From: Nemertoderma westbladi | Taxonomy: Eukaryota > Animalia > Xenacoelomorpha | NCBI GenBank assembly: GCA_032718475.1 | Contig: JAUCBJ010008205.1 | Coordinates: forward strand, 1 to 64,000 | Direction: 5' to 3' | DNA: 64,000 bases | In this document: positions 13,301 through 26,233 of the stretch, one piece after another | Numbering within the stretch: position 1 is the stretch's first letter | Layout of the letters: each line of letters begins with the position of its first letter | Translations under genes and position numbers: made by a program | Notes under the pieces: model-generated | What the model was told of the DNA's origin: nothing | What the model saw: only the letters and a program-made list of their open reading frames with translations | The model's database searches: none

Positions 13301-15162
13301 TCGTTATTTTTCAATTTCGTTATTTTGTTTTATGCGATTATATTCCATTCCGAAAATTAAGCGGTATGCTATTTTCGTGCATCAAGTGTCACTTCGTCAC
13401 AGGGCGTGTCGTGTCACTTCAAAATTTCAAAAATATGAGATCCGGAAAATACCACTATACCACCACGGCAAAGCGCTTTTTATAGGTTTTTTGGGTCGCT
13501 GATTCGAACATTACTCTACGAACATGACTACCTAGTTCGCTAGTTGTAGCTCATTTTTGGTGCACCAAGATTTGGGTGTGGCACTTCAAATTTTGAAATA
13601 TTTAAGATTCTGAAAATACGACCAGGTTGCGATTTCAACGCATTTTTATAGGTTTTCTGGGTCGCTGAATCGAATGAGAATACAATAACTCCAGAAAACA
13701 TAGGTGTACTTCATTTTTGGCGCACTAAAAATAGGGCGCGGCACCTCAAATTTTGAAAATTAAGAAAATAAGCCAAAGTTTTTATTACAAAATGGCAGAT
13801 CACTAGGTCTTCAGGTTTCTTTATTACTTTTAATCGATTCAGCTGAACGGAAAAAATATAAAAATACATTGCAAGATAAAACATAAAAAACAAATACAAA
13901 ATTCAAATAAAATCTTTAGTGTGTTTCCAGTTCTTATAATTTTCAACATTTCATGTGTCAAAAAATAAGGTACCACTGGTGTTCAGCTTTTTAGAATAAA
14001 CTCAATAGAATCAGCGACCCAGAACACCTATAAAAATGCGTTGAAAACAAAACTTGGGTATATTTTCCAAAACTTGAGTATTTAAAAATTTGAAGTGCCA
14101 CGTCCTAATTTAGGTGCACCAAAAACCACGTCGCACTACACTTACATATTTTGATAGATCAGTAGAGTGCTCCATACCAATAAGAATCAATAAAAGAAAC
14201 AAATAAAAACATCATTAAAGCTAGAGCTGCACCCTTTGATATTGAAAATTTCAAACAATTTGTAGTGGGGACCAAATTTTGAGGTGCCACCCACAGCGAA
14301 AAGTAGAAATCCAACTGCGACGCCGTTTATCCAAAAGATGTGCAATTAAATTTGGCAAATTCTCAAAAAATTGGGCAGATACATAATGTGGTTGTTCTAC
14401 AGTTTTACAGCAATTATTATCTGCGGGGGGCCGATCCCCCCCCCTCCCCCCCCCCCTTAAATTACCCACATCCCTTGCTTTCCTACCGCGCGGTCCAGTT
14501 GAAAGCCTGGGTGACTAACTATGGCATTTGTGGGCTTTGAGTAGTCATACTCAGCCGATGTTTCAGGACATTAGAGCATCTAGGGTAGGGACACTCAAAA
14601 ACTTGCAGCATACGGCTTCTACTGGTTATAATCTTAGGACCTTTATGGCGCCTCAGGACATACTGTACTAGCTTGAGCGTTTCTGCATTTGGGGAGAGTC
14701 AAAAACATTGACAATATAAATCATCATCTACTAAAAAACTACAATGGTTCTGCAGCACATAGTAGAATACACGTAGTATATACAGCATACAGCAGCACAT
14801 AGGCCTTTATGCTGGTATGCTATGAAAATGTGAGATAGGTTGAGTTAGATTACTAGTGTTATTTAACTTGTCGATTCCCATTGCCAGCCGACTGAACAGT
14901 TTTGATATAACGGAATATTTAAATTTAGTCGATATAGTAGGAAATATCGATTGTGAACTAGCACCATCATCACGATCACGGATGCTCCTCAATTTAATCC
15001 GCGAAGCACCAATGCTGTGGGAGGTCCTACTGTAGAATCACCATGATAACGAATAACCATTGTTATCGGTTCTTAACTCACCAGATGCCCAAATTTCTCC
15101 ATGTGCAAATTCGTAAAAACATGCGCATCATCTACTACCAATTCGGCAGACTTTATTACCGA

Positions 15163-15425
15163 CTATGGGGCGCCGTTATCGCCAAAAATAATTCAGAATA
15201 GAGAATTTGAAGCCCGAAAACGGAAGCCAGAAAACAGAAGTCAGAAAATGGATATCAGAAAAAAGAAATGGAAGTCAGAAAAAAAAATGGAAGCCAGAAA
15301 AAAGAAATTTAAATTAGAAAAAACAAATGGAAGTGAGAACATGGAAGTAAGAAAATGGAACTCAAAAAATGGAAGTCAGAAAATAAAACTCAGAAAACGG
15401 AATTCAGAAATTGTAAGTCAGACTT
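15163..15425 (+). mobile_element. Dispersed non-autonomous element with internal (AAAATGGAAGTCAG)-type tandem repeats
   Basis: Starts TATGGGGCGCCGTTATCGCC. The same terminus and repeats occur inverted at ~30305-30855 and ~35206-35882. Confidence 0.65.
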
Positions 15426-16449
15426 TCAGTCAGTAGCTTATTATACCATCCCGCATTTTATTCCCAGGCGATGATGCTTATGTTCAGGAACAATGCTATG
15501 CCAAAGCGTAGCATTGGCCAGTGCCAGAATCTAAACCCTTGGTTAGAGACGGACACTTGAATAACATGCAACTCGCAGTTATATATACCCGAATAACTCG
15601 ATAAACCTCAGTATCTGCATGAATGCCTAAAGTATTGGTCTTACCACCTAATTGCCAAGGGAGTCTGGACCTACTCAACACAGCCCTAAGTAGTACTGAG
15701 GTCTCTCCAACTACTGCAGTTTTTACAACAAGCAGATTTACAGTAAGAGTAAATATGGAGACTTGATAGTTGCAGTCACCAGCATAAGACCTGAAATAAT
15801 ATCTATTACACTCTCCATGCAGGTTAGATACGTGCAGAACACAGAGTAAAATTACTGCCAACAGCCGACAAGGTTTTAAAATATAGGTGACAATAAAGCT
15901 TCTTAAATAGTTGAGTGAGTGTGCTGTGCGAGCAACATGTGTGCGACTTATTCCTTACCACGGTTTACCTCACTACTCATGGTAGCCCTGACTTCACTTT
16001 ATCAGACTGTGAACTCTATCATGGTGGTCCATTATTTCAAAACTCGACACAATTAACAACACGTTCGTGGGGCCTTCGCGCAGCACGAGGCCCAGTTATG
16101 AGATACAAATTAAAATTGTGCGACTGTATCACAAAATCAGGTTATGAGAGATTAACCCACACCACCAATTAATCAAAGAAAGGGGGAAAGTACGTGTTCA
16201 CCCCTTTTAATCTGCACCCCCCCCTCCCTTCCCACCCACCAATACATAACCGCGACATTTACCACCCACGGAAGGGTAGCACGAACTTATTTCCAAACGC
16301 ACGTTCAATATGCAAAGCCAGGTGGTTTATAGGAATATAATCAATGCAGTACTCGTCTTCATTATAAGCCTTTTTGCGTTCGACCTGTTTTGTATTAAAA
16401 TATATTTATTAAACGCATGCTGACGCTCTTTATAATAATAATACCTAGG

Positions 16450-16800
16450 GATGCCAGCTTCCAGACTTTCAATCTTTACTGCCGCGCAAACCCCGCAGAG
16501 GAAGTTTTGGTTTGAGAGATCAAGCCCATCGGCAATTGGTGTTTCAATTTCGGTCCAGGAACTCTGACAATGGGAGCATTCAATCTTAGCTGTGGTCCAT
16601 ACCCGTGGTTTCGGCTTCCTTTTCTTCGTCCCAATGACAGATTCTTCTGAAGACGTTCGATTCGCTTTCAGTTTATTGTTGGCGTTTGTGTTTTGAAGTT
16701 GTATTCGAGTGGACAGTCGCGCCAGTTTCGAGGTAACCATACCGACCTGTGATAAGCGTTGGTTTTGTTGAGTGCCGGTATTCATCTTCTCTTACCTCTT
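16450..16800 (-). pseudogene. Probable LINE (CR1/L2) ORF1 N-terminal PHD-like zinc finger fragment
   Basis: IECSHCQSSW...NFLCGVCAAVKIESLE: two CxxC pairs followed by a coiled-coil-like start. Confidence 0.45.
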
Positions 16801-17036
16801 CAATGTCAGATGTTGCAAATACTGATAACACGAATAACGGTATATATTTCAATACTTGTCAATAGTAATATATATAATTTAGATAACTATTTTATATCTG
16901 TACTGTTGAGCAAACTCTACATAAATTCCAACCTGTGTATCGCCGGTAGTGCTGTTGCTGTGCAAGTGCTGAAGTGCTAGTTGCCACCGGTCAGCCGGTA
17001 CCGGTAGTAGGGTGGTACCATGGCCTACTACACACA

Positions 17037-18786
17037 GGCCATGACAAGGACTTTGCTGTGAAATTAGCGTAGGCTGACTGCTGAATTATCAAATATTATA
17101 TTTTCCACGAATGCAGGGTCCATATTTAAAAGAAGATGACTAGATTTTCGTAAGTAATTTAATTGAAACAGTATTTAATAATTAATTAATTAATTATCGC
17201 TAGAGTTCCTGCAGCATTAATTTGTTTGTGGCTGCCTCTGGCTATGTTTGTGGCAGGAATGTTTGAACGCTTATAAGTCAGTCAATCAAGGATGAAATGG
17301 AACCAAACTTGGTACACATGTAGTCTATAAAAAATTTTGAAATTCTACACACAGACAGACTTCTACAGTTCCCCTGTCTGCCGCTAGGGGGCGAATTAAC
17401 AGAAACGTAAAAATAGCTGTAATTATAGAACCAACGATCAGATTCATCTGAAATTTAGTAGTAGTTACATAAGAGCATTGCTTAATTAGAAATTCTACAG
17501 AGACTTTTACAGTTCCTGTCTGCCGCTAGTGGGGAATTGTTAGAGCTCCAGTTCAACGTGCTTAGCACGGTTTAAGAAACAATAAATTAATTATTTTATT
17601 CAATACAGTAATTATAACAGTAAAATGCAATATATTCTATTTTTTAGTAAAATCAAGAGACAGGAGGGGGGTGGGACTGGATGCAAATCCCATCTTGGCG
17701 AATTAATATTCTGCCTCAATATTAATTTCTCAATTTTGGGATAGGAGCAGGTTACAGTGGCACGTTATTTTAACCAAAACAATAAAGTAAACACAATAGA
17801 ACAGGTTACAGTTTTATTTTTGAGAGTAATCAGCTGTTGTTATTTGCGTCCAATTTCCCCTGGAGAGGGATTAATTTTTATTGCGTCCAGCCCCCCCCCC
17901 CCCCCCTATCTTGAAATCAAATACCAAAAATATATTTATTATATGAACAATCTATTTGGAAATTGTAAGTTCGGCCTATCTCTTTACCATAAGCTCAGTA
18001 TCTTTATCTGGTGTGTTTTTATTATTTTACCAATTATTTAATACGTTTGATAGAATTGAACAACACCGCCCAACACAACCAACTCTCTATCCGCCTCGAG
18101 CTGTCGAGCATCGAGAATACGAGAAACTCGATCGAAATACCTGCTTATCCCAGTAGTATCCGTCCGTAGTCACCGGACCGCTGCGGACTTTCACGTCGCA
18201 GAGAACGTAATCCAGTGCGATACAAGTATGCCCGGCGTTCAACCATTTCCCCCAGGCGATACCAGGATCCGGGCCGCCGCTAAACCCAGATCGCAATCCT
18301 CGTCGATTCGTCCAGTCGTCGACGTAAGTCAGTAAGTGGGACTCTTCCCACCGCACTCCAAGGTGGGTGACCGGAGTGAGGCATGAGGAACTTGGCAGTG
18401 GCCCGCATTACGATCTGACCGACCGCCGTATTCCCAGTGTCTGAGTGTAGTAAGAATCGAAATAGAATCGTAGTGACAAACAAGCAATTCCGTAGCACTG
18501 CGTAGTATTCCCCCGTTAATCACCTCTTGAAGCAACTCGGCTGCTCGGGTCCAGATACATCGGACTGTCGGGAGCGTTTCAGACAGTAATGGAGCGGCAT
18601 TTGCGAATATTTCCAATGGTTTTATAATAAATAAGGGGATTAAATGCTAAAACAAATGGATTATTCCTAACCCCACCCCAATACAGCAATATACCTAACA
18701 GTATATAGCTTGTACCACAGTACCATAATCTGATAATCAGCACAGTCAGCCTACGCTAATTTCACAGCAAAGTCCTTGTCATGGCC
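17037..18786. mobile_element. 1.75-kb segment bounded by 44-bp perfect inverted repeats (putative TIR element)
   Basis: GGCCATGACAAGGACTTTGCTGTGAAATTAGCGTAGGCTGACTG at 17037-17080 and its reverse complement at 18743-18786; no clear TSD. Confidence 0.65.
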
Positions 18787-21599
18787 ATGGGTGGTACCTA
18801 CGGTGCGCACTACAATGGCAGTACAGCAATACGGTGTACCGTGCCAATGCAGCAATGACTGAATGATTACCGGTAGCGGTAACTATCTAAACTATTATAT
18901 TATTATTACCGGTGCCGGTGCTAATTAGGCCTAAACTTTAATCACCGCAAGGGTTGCCGGGGTTAATTAGATTACATGATATGGCATGTCTGCAGTGTAT
19001 GGTACCGGCTGACCAGTATTGCAGGATTCTCGATTCAGGGATTGAGTACAGCCTGACAGTACCGGTACACATGGTACATGCAGACAACCCCAATGTATTG
19101 CAAAATTTGTCAAGAAACCCAGCTGATTTATCCTACAGTAATAATAATTTAACGCATTTTAAATTTGGATAAATAAATTTATTATAACTGCAATAACAGT
19201 TACACTGATGCTGCACGAAGACCCCACGCAAATTCTACTTGGAAAATTTTCAAACTTTTGCCAAACAACATGTGTACTAAGTTTGGATAGATTTCATCAA
19301 GGATTGGCCGAGTTATTAACGTTTAAAATAAAATACTGAAAAAAAACGCGACAGAACGACAGAACGACAGAACGACAGGTTGATTAATGGTACCCCTACG
19401 CTAAGGCTCACTCACTTCGTGGCTCGCCCCACAATATTCCAGCCTACGCAATGCTTTATTAACCTGAACAGGTGTACACCCTCTGTTCAATACTAAACTT
19501 TCATCCAACAAAGCTGACAGAAATTAGCAAACCCAAATAGGAAAAAAGGGGTGCGCACTCCCAGATTTCCTAAGTAGATCTAGATCTCATTCAGTTTGAC
19601 TTGTAATGTATATATACAGTGACATTTAATGTAGAAATGCACCCAATAATAAATCGTATGTTAAACCCACCACATTAAATACACAACAATATTGGCAATA
19701 ATCACTAAACATCTGACCTTTCTAATGTTAGCACCTCAACTATGTACACTCCCAGAATGTCAGTTAACTATCTCAGCTGTGAGTATGATGCCAAACCCCA
19801 AACCAATATAATCCCTTTCATTCAAACTGTATACATTGTTTCTACTGTATTAGAGCCACTATAGTAGTTATTGCACTTTGTTAGCTCTATCAATATGCAG
19901 TATCTAACTGGGCTTCGTTGTCATACTGTACTCACACCACATCTGCTTATTACTTCACACTCTTGAACATACCACACTATGATTCACTCGGTTGTCAATA
20001 TTACATCCACTATTATTACCCACCCTAATTATGTCCTTTATTTGTTTGGTATTGTCACAAGTGTCTCTGTCTGTGTATATTATATCGGCATAGAGTGCGT
20101 CAATGAGATTCCCTGGGTGCAGTAAAGTAGGATTATCTGACATAATCTGTATCCACAACAACTGTGTACTCTGGAGTCCCAAATAGTCGGGGTGGGTGGG
20201 AAAATTTCATTATGCTAATAGTCGGGGTGGCTGAAATAAACGTGGTGGGTGGAAAATTTTGAAACTTTTTTTAAAAATATCATTAATCATTTGTTAATTA
20301 ATCATTTCAAATAATAAATAAAGTTAAAGCTTTAGTAAAACTTAAAGTTAGCGCGACAAATATTCAAATGATATTTAATTAATCATTAAATATCAAACAG
20401 TAATTATGTACTGTATATATAATATTTATATACAATATTTCACTAAATTTATGAAAGTACTGCTGTCGAGACTTTTACTAACGGGCTGACCATAAATTGT
20501 CCCCATTCCTAACTTATGTGTTCTACTTCGTGTCAAAGACCTATATATTAGTCCGTGAGCACTGAGTTGTCGTGGGATACCTATCACACGATAGGGAGTA
20601 CTCACATACTTGTTAACAAGCGGACAGTATAATCAATCACTCTGGATAAAGGGAGTTTCGGGCACTGTAAACTAGTCCTGGTAGTAATATAAAGTACGAT
20701 ACATGTAAACTATTCCTTTACGCTGTGCTGTATATGAGTAATGCGACGTTGTACTTGTGCGACGTGCGTTGTGTTGTTGTGACGTGCGACTTTTTAGAAT
20801 TGCTGGTAGAACATTATATGAGGTCTAGTGCAGGGTAAGTGCACGTTGCACGCTCATTGCATACACGGCAGTATCACTATACATTATGATTGTAAGTTAT
20901 TCAGTTGGGGAATAATATTACAGAACTGGGAAAAACACACGCACAATGGGGTTGAACCAAGACGCTAATGCGTCTATAAATGCCGGTATAAATGCCGCAT
21001 ATGGTAGTGGTGAAATTCTTAGGCCTCCTGTGACTCAAGGAGGTCTTGACACTTAATGATGTTATAAAGTTAGGCTTGAAACATACAGGAATAATTTGTA
21101 TTATATATACAAAGGTACACTGTACAACTAAACGAAGGCAACAACCGATCAGAGCGAGGGCTGAGCCACAACTGTTTGCGAGGCAGTAACTATGAGTTGC
21201 GACCAATGGAATACGAAGAATGATAGTAGTTGGAATACAGCAAACCTTGCAATCAGATACAGTAAAATAGTGCTAGGCAACCATGTAAACTGTCGATAAT
21301 ACTGCATCAAGAAACTGTACATCAAAATAGGTACGCATTAATAATTGACAATAGTGTATGAAATTTACAGATTTGAGATTCGAATACGAGTTGTCCGCTC
21401 GAATACGACGCTGACCGCGGAAATGAAATCCTTGACTAGGAAAACCCCCATAGCGAGAATGTTAGTAGATTTTAATATATTTAAAGTCTTGACAGACAAA
21501 CGGACAGAAAGAATGACATACTTCAGAAATTCATGAATTAGAGTTGGGCACTTGGGGGTTTGAATTGAATAATTTCCAGTTAGGTACCGAAAGGGTTAA

Positions 21600-24500
21600 A
21601 ACTATCGGTATTGGCGATTTTGCTAGTTCATTGCGGAACAAAATCAAGTCTTCACCAACCAATTGAAATGCCTTGTCAGATACAAGATGATCCTCTGACT
21701 CATCGAGAGAATTGGTGACGAAAAGAAACTTAAATGCTACTGTGGAATTAATAATTAACTTGTCCCAAGCTGATGCAATCATTTCGTCATGAGTCGGCGA
21801 TGGAACTTTAGAATTATCTGCTTGCAATTTATTATACATAAGCGCAGATTCGTTATTTCGATAATCATGCTTAAGTGGTCGATGGATGTACGTATCATTC
21901 TGCTGGATAAATCCTGTGATACCGACACCAATTACAACCAAGACAAAGCCCCGGATCCACAATGCTTTCTTTACTTCCAGCATAAGATGCACCGCATACT
22001 ACTAGGATCGGCATGCTGCATTGCAGCTGCATTTTTAAGAATGCTGTGCCGGCTTGTCAACAAAATTGCACCGCCACAACTCCCTATCACCCATGACATT
22101 TGCTAGATCATCCGCATCTTCAAGGCCAGTGTCCTTTAAGATGCGTCTCAAGAAAGTCATGGGCTGTCCACCATGCTTATTCACTCCATGAGGCTGCCAA
22201 AGTACAAGATTATGCACTGGCTGGTCCTCACGGCGAAAGCAATGTCCTGCAAAGCGGAGGCGATTTTGTTCTAGTGTCAAGCTTGGGTGAACCAATGAGA
22301 CACCTCCAATGTTATATACTGTCTGGTTGGAGATGTGTGCATTGTACTTGACACAATGAACCCGGCGTAGCATTCTTGTGAATGTGCCATCCAGAGATTG
22401 GGTGTCCTCGGCAGTTAGAGCACAGCATGGACTCCCGTAGAGGAGTACTGGAACTACTGCTGCTCTAAATAATCGGACCTTAAGTTTCCGATTAATTCTC
22501 GGTGACTTCCAAATCCTGGAAAGCCTATTCAAGGCTGCCCATGCCGTTCCCTTACGTATTTGAAGGTCCTCACCTGACTTCCGGATCCATGATCCCAGGT
22601 AACAGAAGTCGTCCACATGCTCAAGCAAACCATCCTTTGAGCTTATGCTCATCCGATCAGAGACTTGCTGAGGACTTTCAAAGTTAACTGTCAAAATTTT
22701 GGTCTTTCTGGAGTTAATAAAAAGACCAACACTAGAAGCAGCATGTTCTAATGAGCTGAGGAGCCGTTGGGCTCCCTCTAATGATTCTGAGAGTACTCCT
22801 AAGTCATCAGCAAAGTCTAGATCAGTTAGGTACTTGGCAGGATTTCCTCGACTTCTGGAGCCAGTAGGTGGAGTTATCATCACCCCATCATCATTATGAT
22901 GATCTAAGGACATGCGTAGAACATAGTCAACCACAATAATGAACAAGAATGGTGCAAGTGTGTCTCCTTGGAGGACGCCCCATAACACTTCAAATGGTTC
23001 TGTGTCACCGTCAACAGTAGACACAAATGTTGTCGAACCATCGTATACTGATCTGATTGCTGCAATAATTTCATCAGGAATCCCATATAATGAAAGTATG
23101 CTGAACATACGTGAGCGAGAGACTGAATCAAAGGCCTTGAAGAAGTCAACAAAGATAACAGCCAGATGCCTGTCTTTCTTTTTTGATAATTCTTCAATTA
23201 TCCTTCTAAGTGCCAAAATGGGCTCCATTCTTTACGGAACCCATTCTGATTTCCACGGAGCAGTCTCTCAATGGGATCCCTGATGCGATTTAATAGAATC
23301 CTATTGTATAGCTTTGCAGCAATCGAGATCAATGAGATTCCCCGAAAAGAACCATAGAGTGTTAGGTTGCCCTTCTAGGGAACTGGCACCAACTTATTTG
23401 TTTTCATTTCTTGTGGGACTCTTGTTGTTCGGTACATGTCTACTATGATGGGATAGATGAGCTTTAAACACCGCATAGTCAATGAGAACATAAATGTTGA
23501 AGTTCTTCTTCGTAAATGGGTTAAATCAATTGGGCAATTTCGATATCGTTTTCAACATATGCTCCAAGCGATATGATCCACTCTCGCTCCATTGAACTTT
23601 TATGTTGTTCGTTTATGTTGTTCCCCTGTTGGGTTAACTGTAACACGTGTTCCCTTTCCTTTAAATACAAACTGAAAAGTGTTATTTTAACAGAAGGTTC
23701 CGAGGAGACTTGTATGAATACGGTACATCTCTCACGGGTTAACGAATAATTTTCCTTAACAAAAGTGTCCATATTTTTAAATGTCATTGTCTTTTGACTT
23801 CCTGACTCATTGCGGTGCAAAGGCATTTGGTTTCCGTTTATCACTCGCGAATCAACACCATATGTCTTAATGAAGAAATTCCTTACGGTCCACACATTTT
23901 GTAAATAATCTTTAATATGGACAATGAGATCCTCTTTACTCAGAGTAAAATGCGTGTTAGGTTTTCGTAGCTGACATTGTATTAAGTTTCCCATTGCCTA
24001 ACCCATTCATTGCCAAATTTTAATTGTTTGTTGACTGGGGTTTCTTTTTCCCTCAACCATTCTGCATATAACTCCTGCACTTTCATCTTGAAAATTAACT
24101 TTGGAAGCCATCCCTTGAGTGCATCACGGACATTGACAAACCATGCAAATAGAGCCTGTCTTACCTCCAGGGATTTTCATCCACCACCGGATGCTTGCAA
24201 TTTTTTGGTGGGACACAGTGAGGGGTCCTGGAGCTTTTCAATATCTTGGTAGGCATGTGTTGCAAACCGCATAGCTGCCTGTATCAGCGTATCGTTGTTA
24301 GGCAAGTCAGTAAGGTCACAGTAAAATGTTCTAACAGCCTTTGCTACAAAACCAGATTTCGGAACAATCGGCATATGCCTTTTCCGCTTAAAGTCATACT
24401 TTGTTTTTCCAGCGTTCTGTTTTACTTCTTCATCGTACTCAGATTTAAACTTTTTTTTGCTTTGATAGGCTACTGGTGGTATACTCGGTACATGGTTTTT
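21600..24500 (-). pseudogene. Decayed pogo/Tigger-like DDD transposase, split by an RTE insertion
   Basis: CENP-B-type HTH-like region (EVRQALFAWFVNVR, ~24050-24170), VINGNQMPLHRNE, YVLIDYAV|HLM, GITGFIQQNDTYIHRPLK; frameshifts present. Confidence 0.75.
21999..23468 (-). mobile_element. 5'-truncated RTE-clade LINE with RT ORF (22035-23228)
   Basis: DFFKAFDSV, GVLQGDTLAPFLF, DFADD, LLYGS, RLRFAGHC motifs; short TAGTAG tail; TSD CACCGCATA at 21990-21998 and 23469-23477. Confidence 0.93.
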
Positions 24501-24979
24501 GTTTTCTTTAACTTTCAGCTCTCAATTATTATGAGAACAAACGTTTATTTACTCATAATAAAAAATGTACTGAATTTTTTAGAAAAAATAGTTGAGGTGT
24601 GTGGAATAAGAGAATTGTGGGTGGATTTTTTTCAAAAATTAACAGCAGTGACGCCCCGTCTATGTAGGTGAATTGTTGCCCATAGAACTTAAGCTATGTG
24701 CATTAAATTGGCGCTTAAACTCAGAAAGAGATCTCTTCATACATAGCATATACAAAATTGATTTGTAGAATGAGATTAACCTCGCCCCAGAGCCTTTTGA
24801 TCCTTTGGTTATGGAAACTTTTCCTTGGTATAAACCGGTGCACTGGCACCCAGCACCGGTACCATTACTGGTAGGTGCTGGTTTTGGCCAAACCGGTACC
24901 AGCCCGGTTTTTTTGAAATCGGTGCCGGTTTCGATTTTTTAATAGTGGCTAATTATGCAGTTATGTTACTTATTTTTAT

Positions 24980-25625
24980 TGTTATGACGGGACCTAGGAA
25001 TTGGTTGCTAAACCCCGACCAGTGTGTTGTTTTGGTATTATACGCGTCGCTGCGTCCATAGGCTGCTGAAATGCTGTGGTCTGGATATTGAGACTGAAGG
25101 CCATTGGAATAACTGAGTTTTTAGTGTCAGTTGTTATAATCACAGAACATAATAATAGCACAGTCAGAATATAATGGCACGGTAATGACGACGGTTAAAA
25201 ACTGTTCTGGTCTCACAACTCTACAGATACCAACTGAATCATAATCCACAAGTACAACCGTTATATTGTTAACACATATTAGTTACTCCTACTGAGTTAC
25301 TCGTACTGAGCGGCCTGGCCAATAGATGCGTTCGAATCACCTGTTTTCCCCTCCCATCATAGGGTAACCTGATTAATTTCCATCTCGCCACTCCCTGCTG
25401 CCACTATCACCACGTGCTAGCCCTGCTAGCCCCTTTGTCCCTTTGAGATGGTATATTACCTCTCAACTTTCTTTGTGGCTGGTGATGTGTATCGCCTAAG
25501 TTGGTTATTAGGTGACATTATTAATGGTAATGTCACCTTCCCAACTATAATTGGTAAAATGCCACTTCGCCCATTTTCTGCTGGGTAGTGCAGGGAATTG
25601 AATCCGCTTACACTCCCCCCCCCCC
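24980..25625 (-). mobile_element. Putative 3' LTR with PPT of a decayed LTR retrotransposon
   Basis: On the minus strand a G-run ending GAG (25625-25613) is followed directly by TGTAAGCGG. Possible ...TAACA end near 24980. Lies downstream of the decayed exonuclease ORF; no second LTR found. Confidence 0.5.
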
Positions 25626-26233
25626 ATGCTTTCTTCCTGGTGAGAAGATAGCATCAACCTTAAGTGCACTTAAATTCTGCTGGAATCCAATCTAGTATTG
25701 GATGTGGGGTGGAATTTTCTTCTCGGGTAGGCTATACCAAGGCATCTGGTGTCTCTGTTTTAGACAATCGCCCTCACTCCTCACACAATTTTGTCTCTCG
25801 GACTTTGTTGTCCTTTCCTCTCTTATTAGTCCCTTGGGACTCATCCCCCTCCATGCTCGATCCCCACGCTTGAATCTCGCACCCTTCTACTTCCTCTTAC
25901 CCTAACACTTCTCCCTATAGTCTTTCCATACTCAACCCGTTTTATCCCCACTCACTTCTGTCGGGCCTCACATTCTCGTTTATGCCGTCGCACTCTAGAA
26001 GTGTGATCCATCTAATGTCTCGTCCTCCTGTTTCAGTCAATTAGTCCCCAGTCCCAGTAGCTAATTGGAAAAGGTTATATCTGACTATAGTACGTATATT
26101 ATGCTTTATTTAAGATTGATTAGTTACCTATGTACATACTAATTGCACTTAGTTAATTTCACTTAGGAGTTGTTTGTAGTGGTCTGTCCATGCGGTGCCT
26201 TCCAGGCACATTGATATCGCTTGTCCTAGAGTT

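Noticed and set aside
18300-18345. YVDD as an RT active site
   Set aside because: No other RT motifs at the expected spacing.
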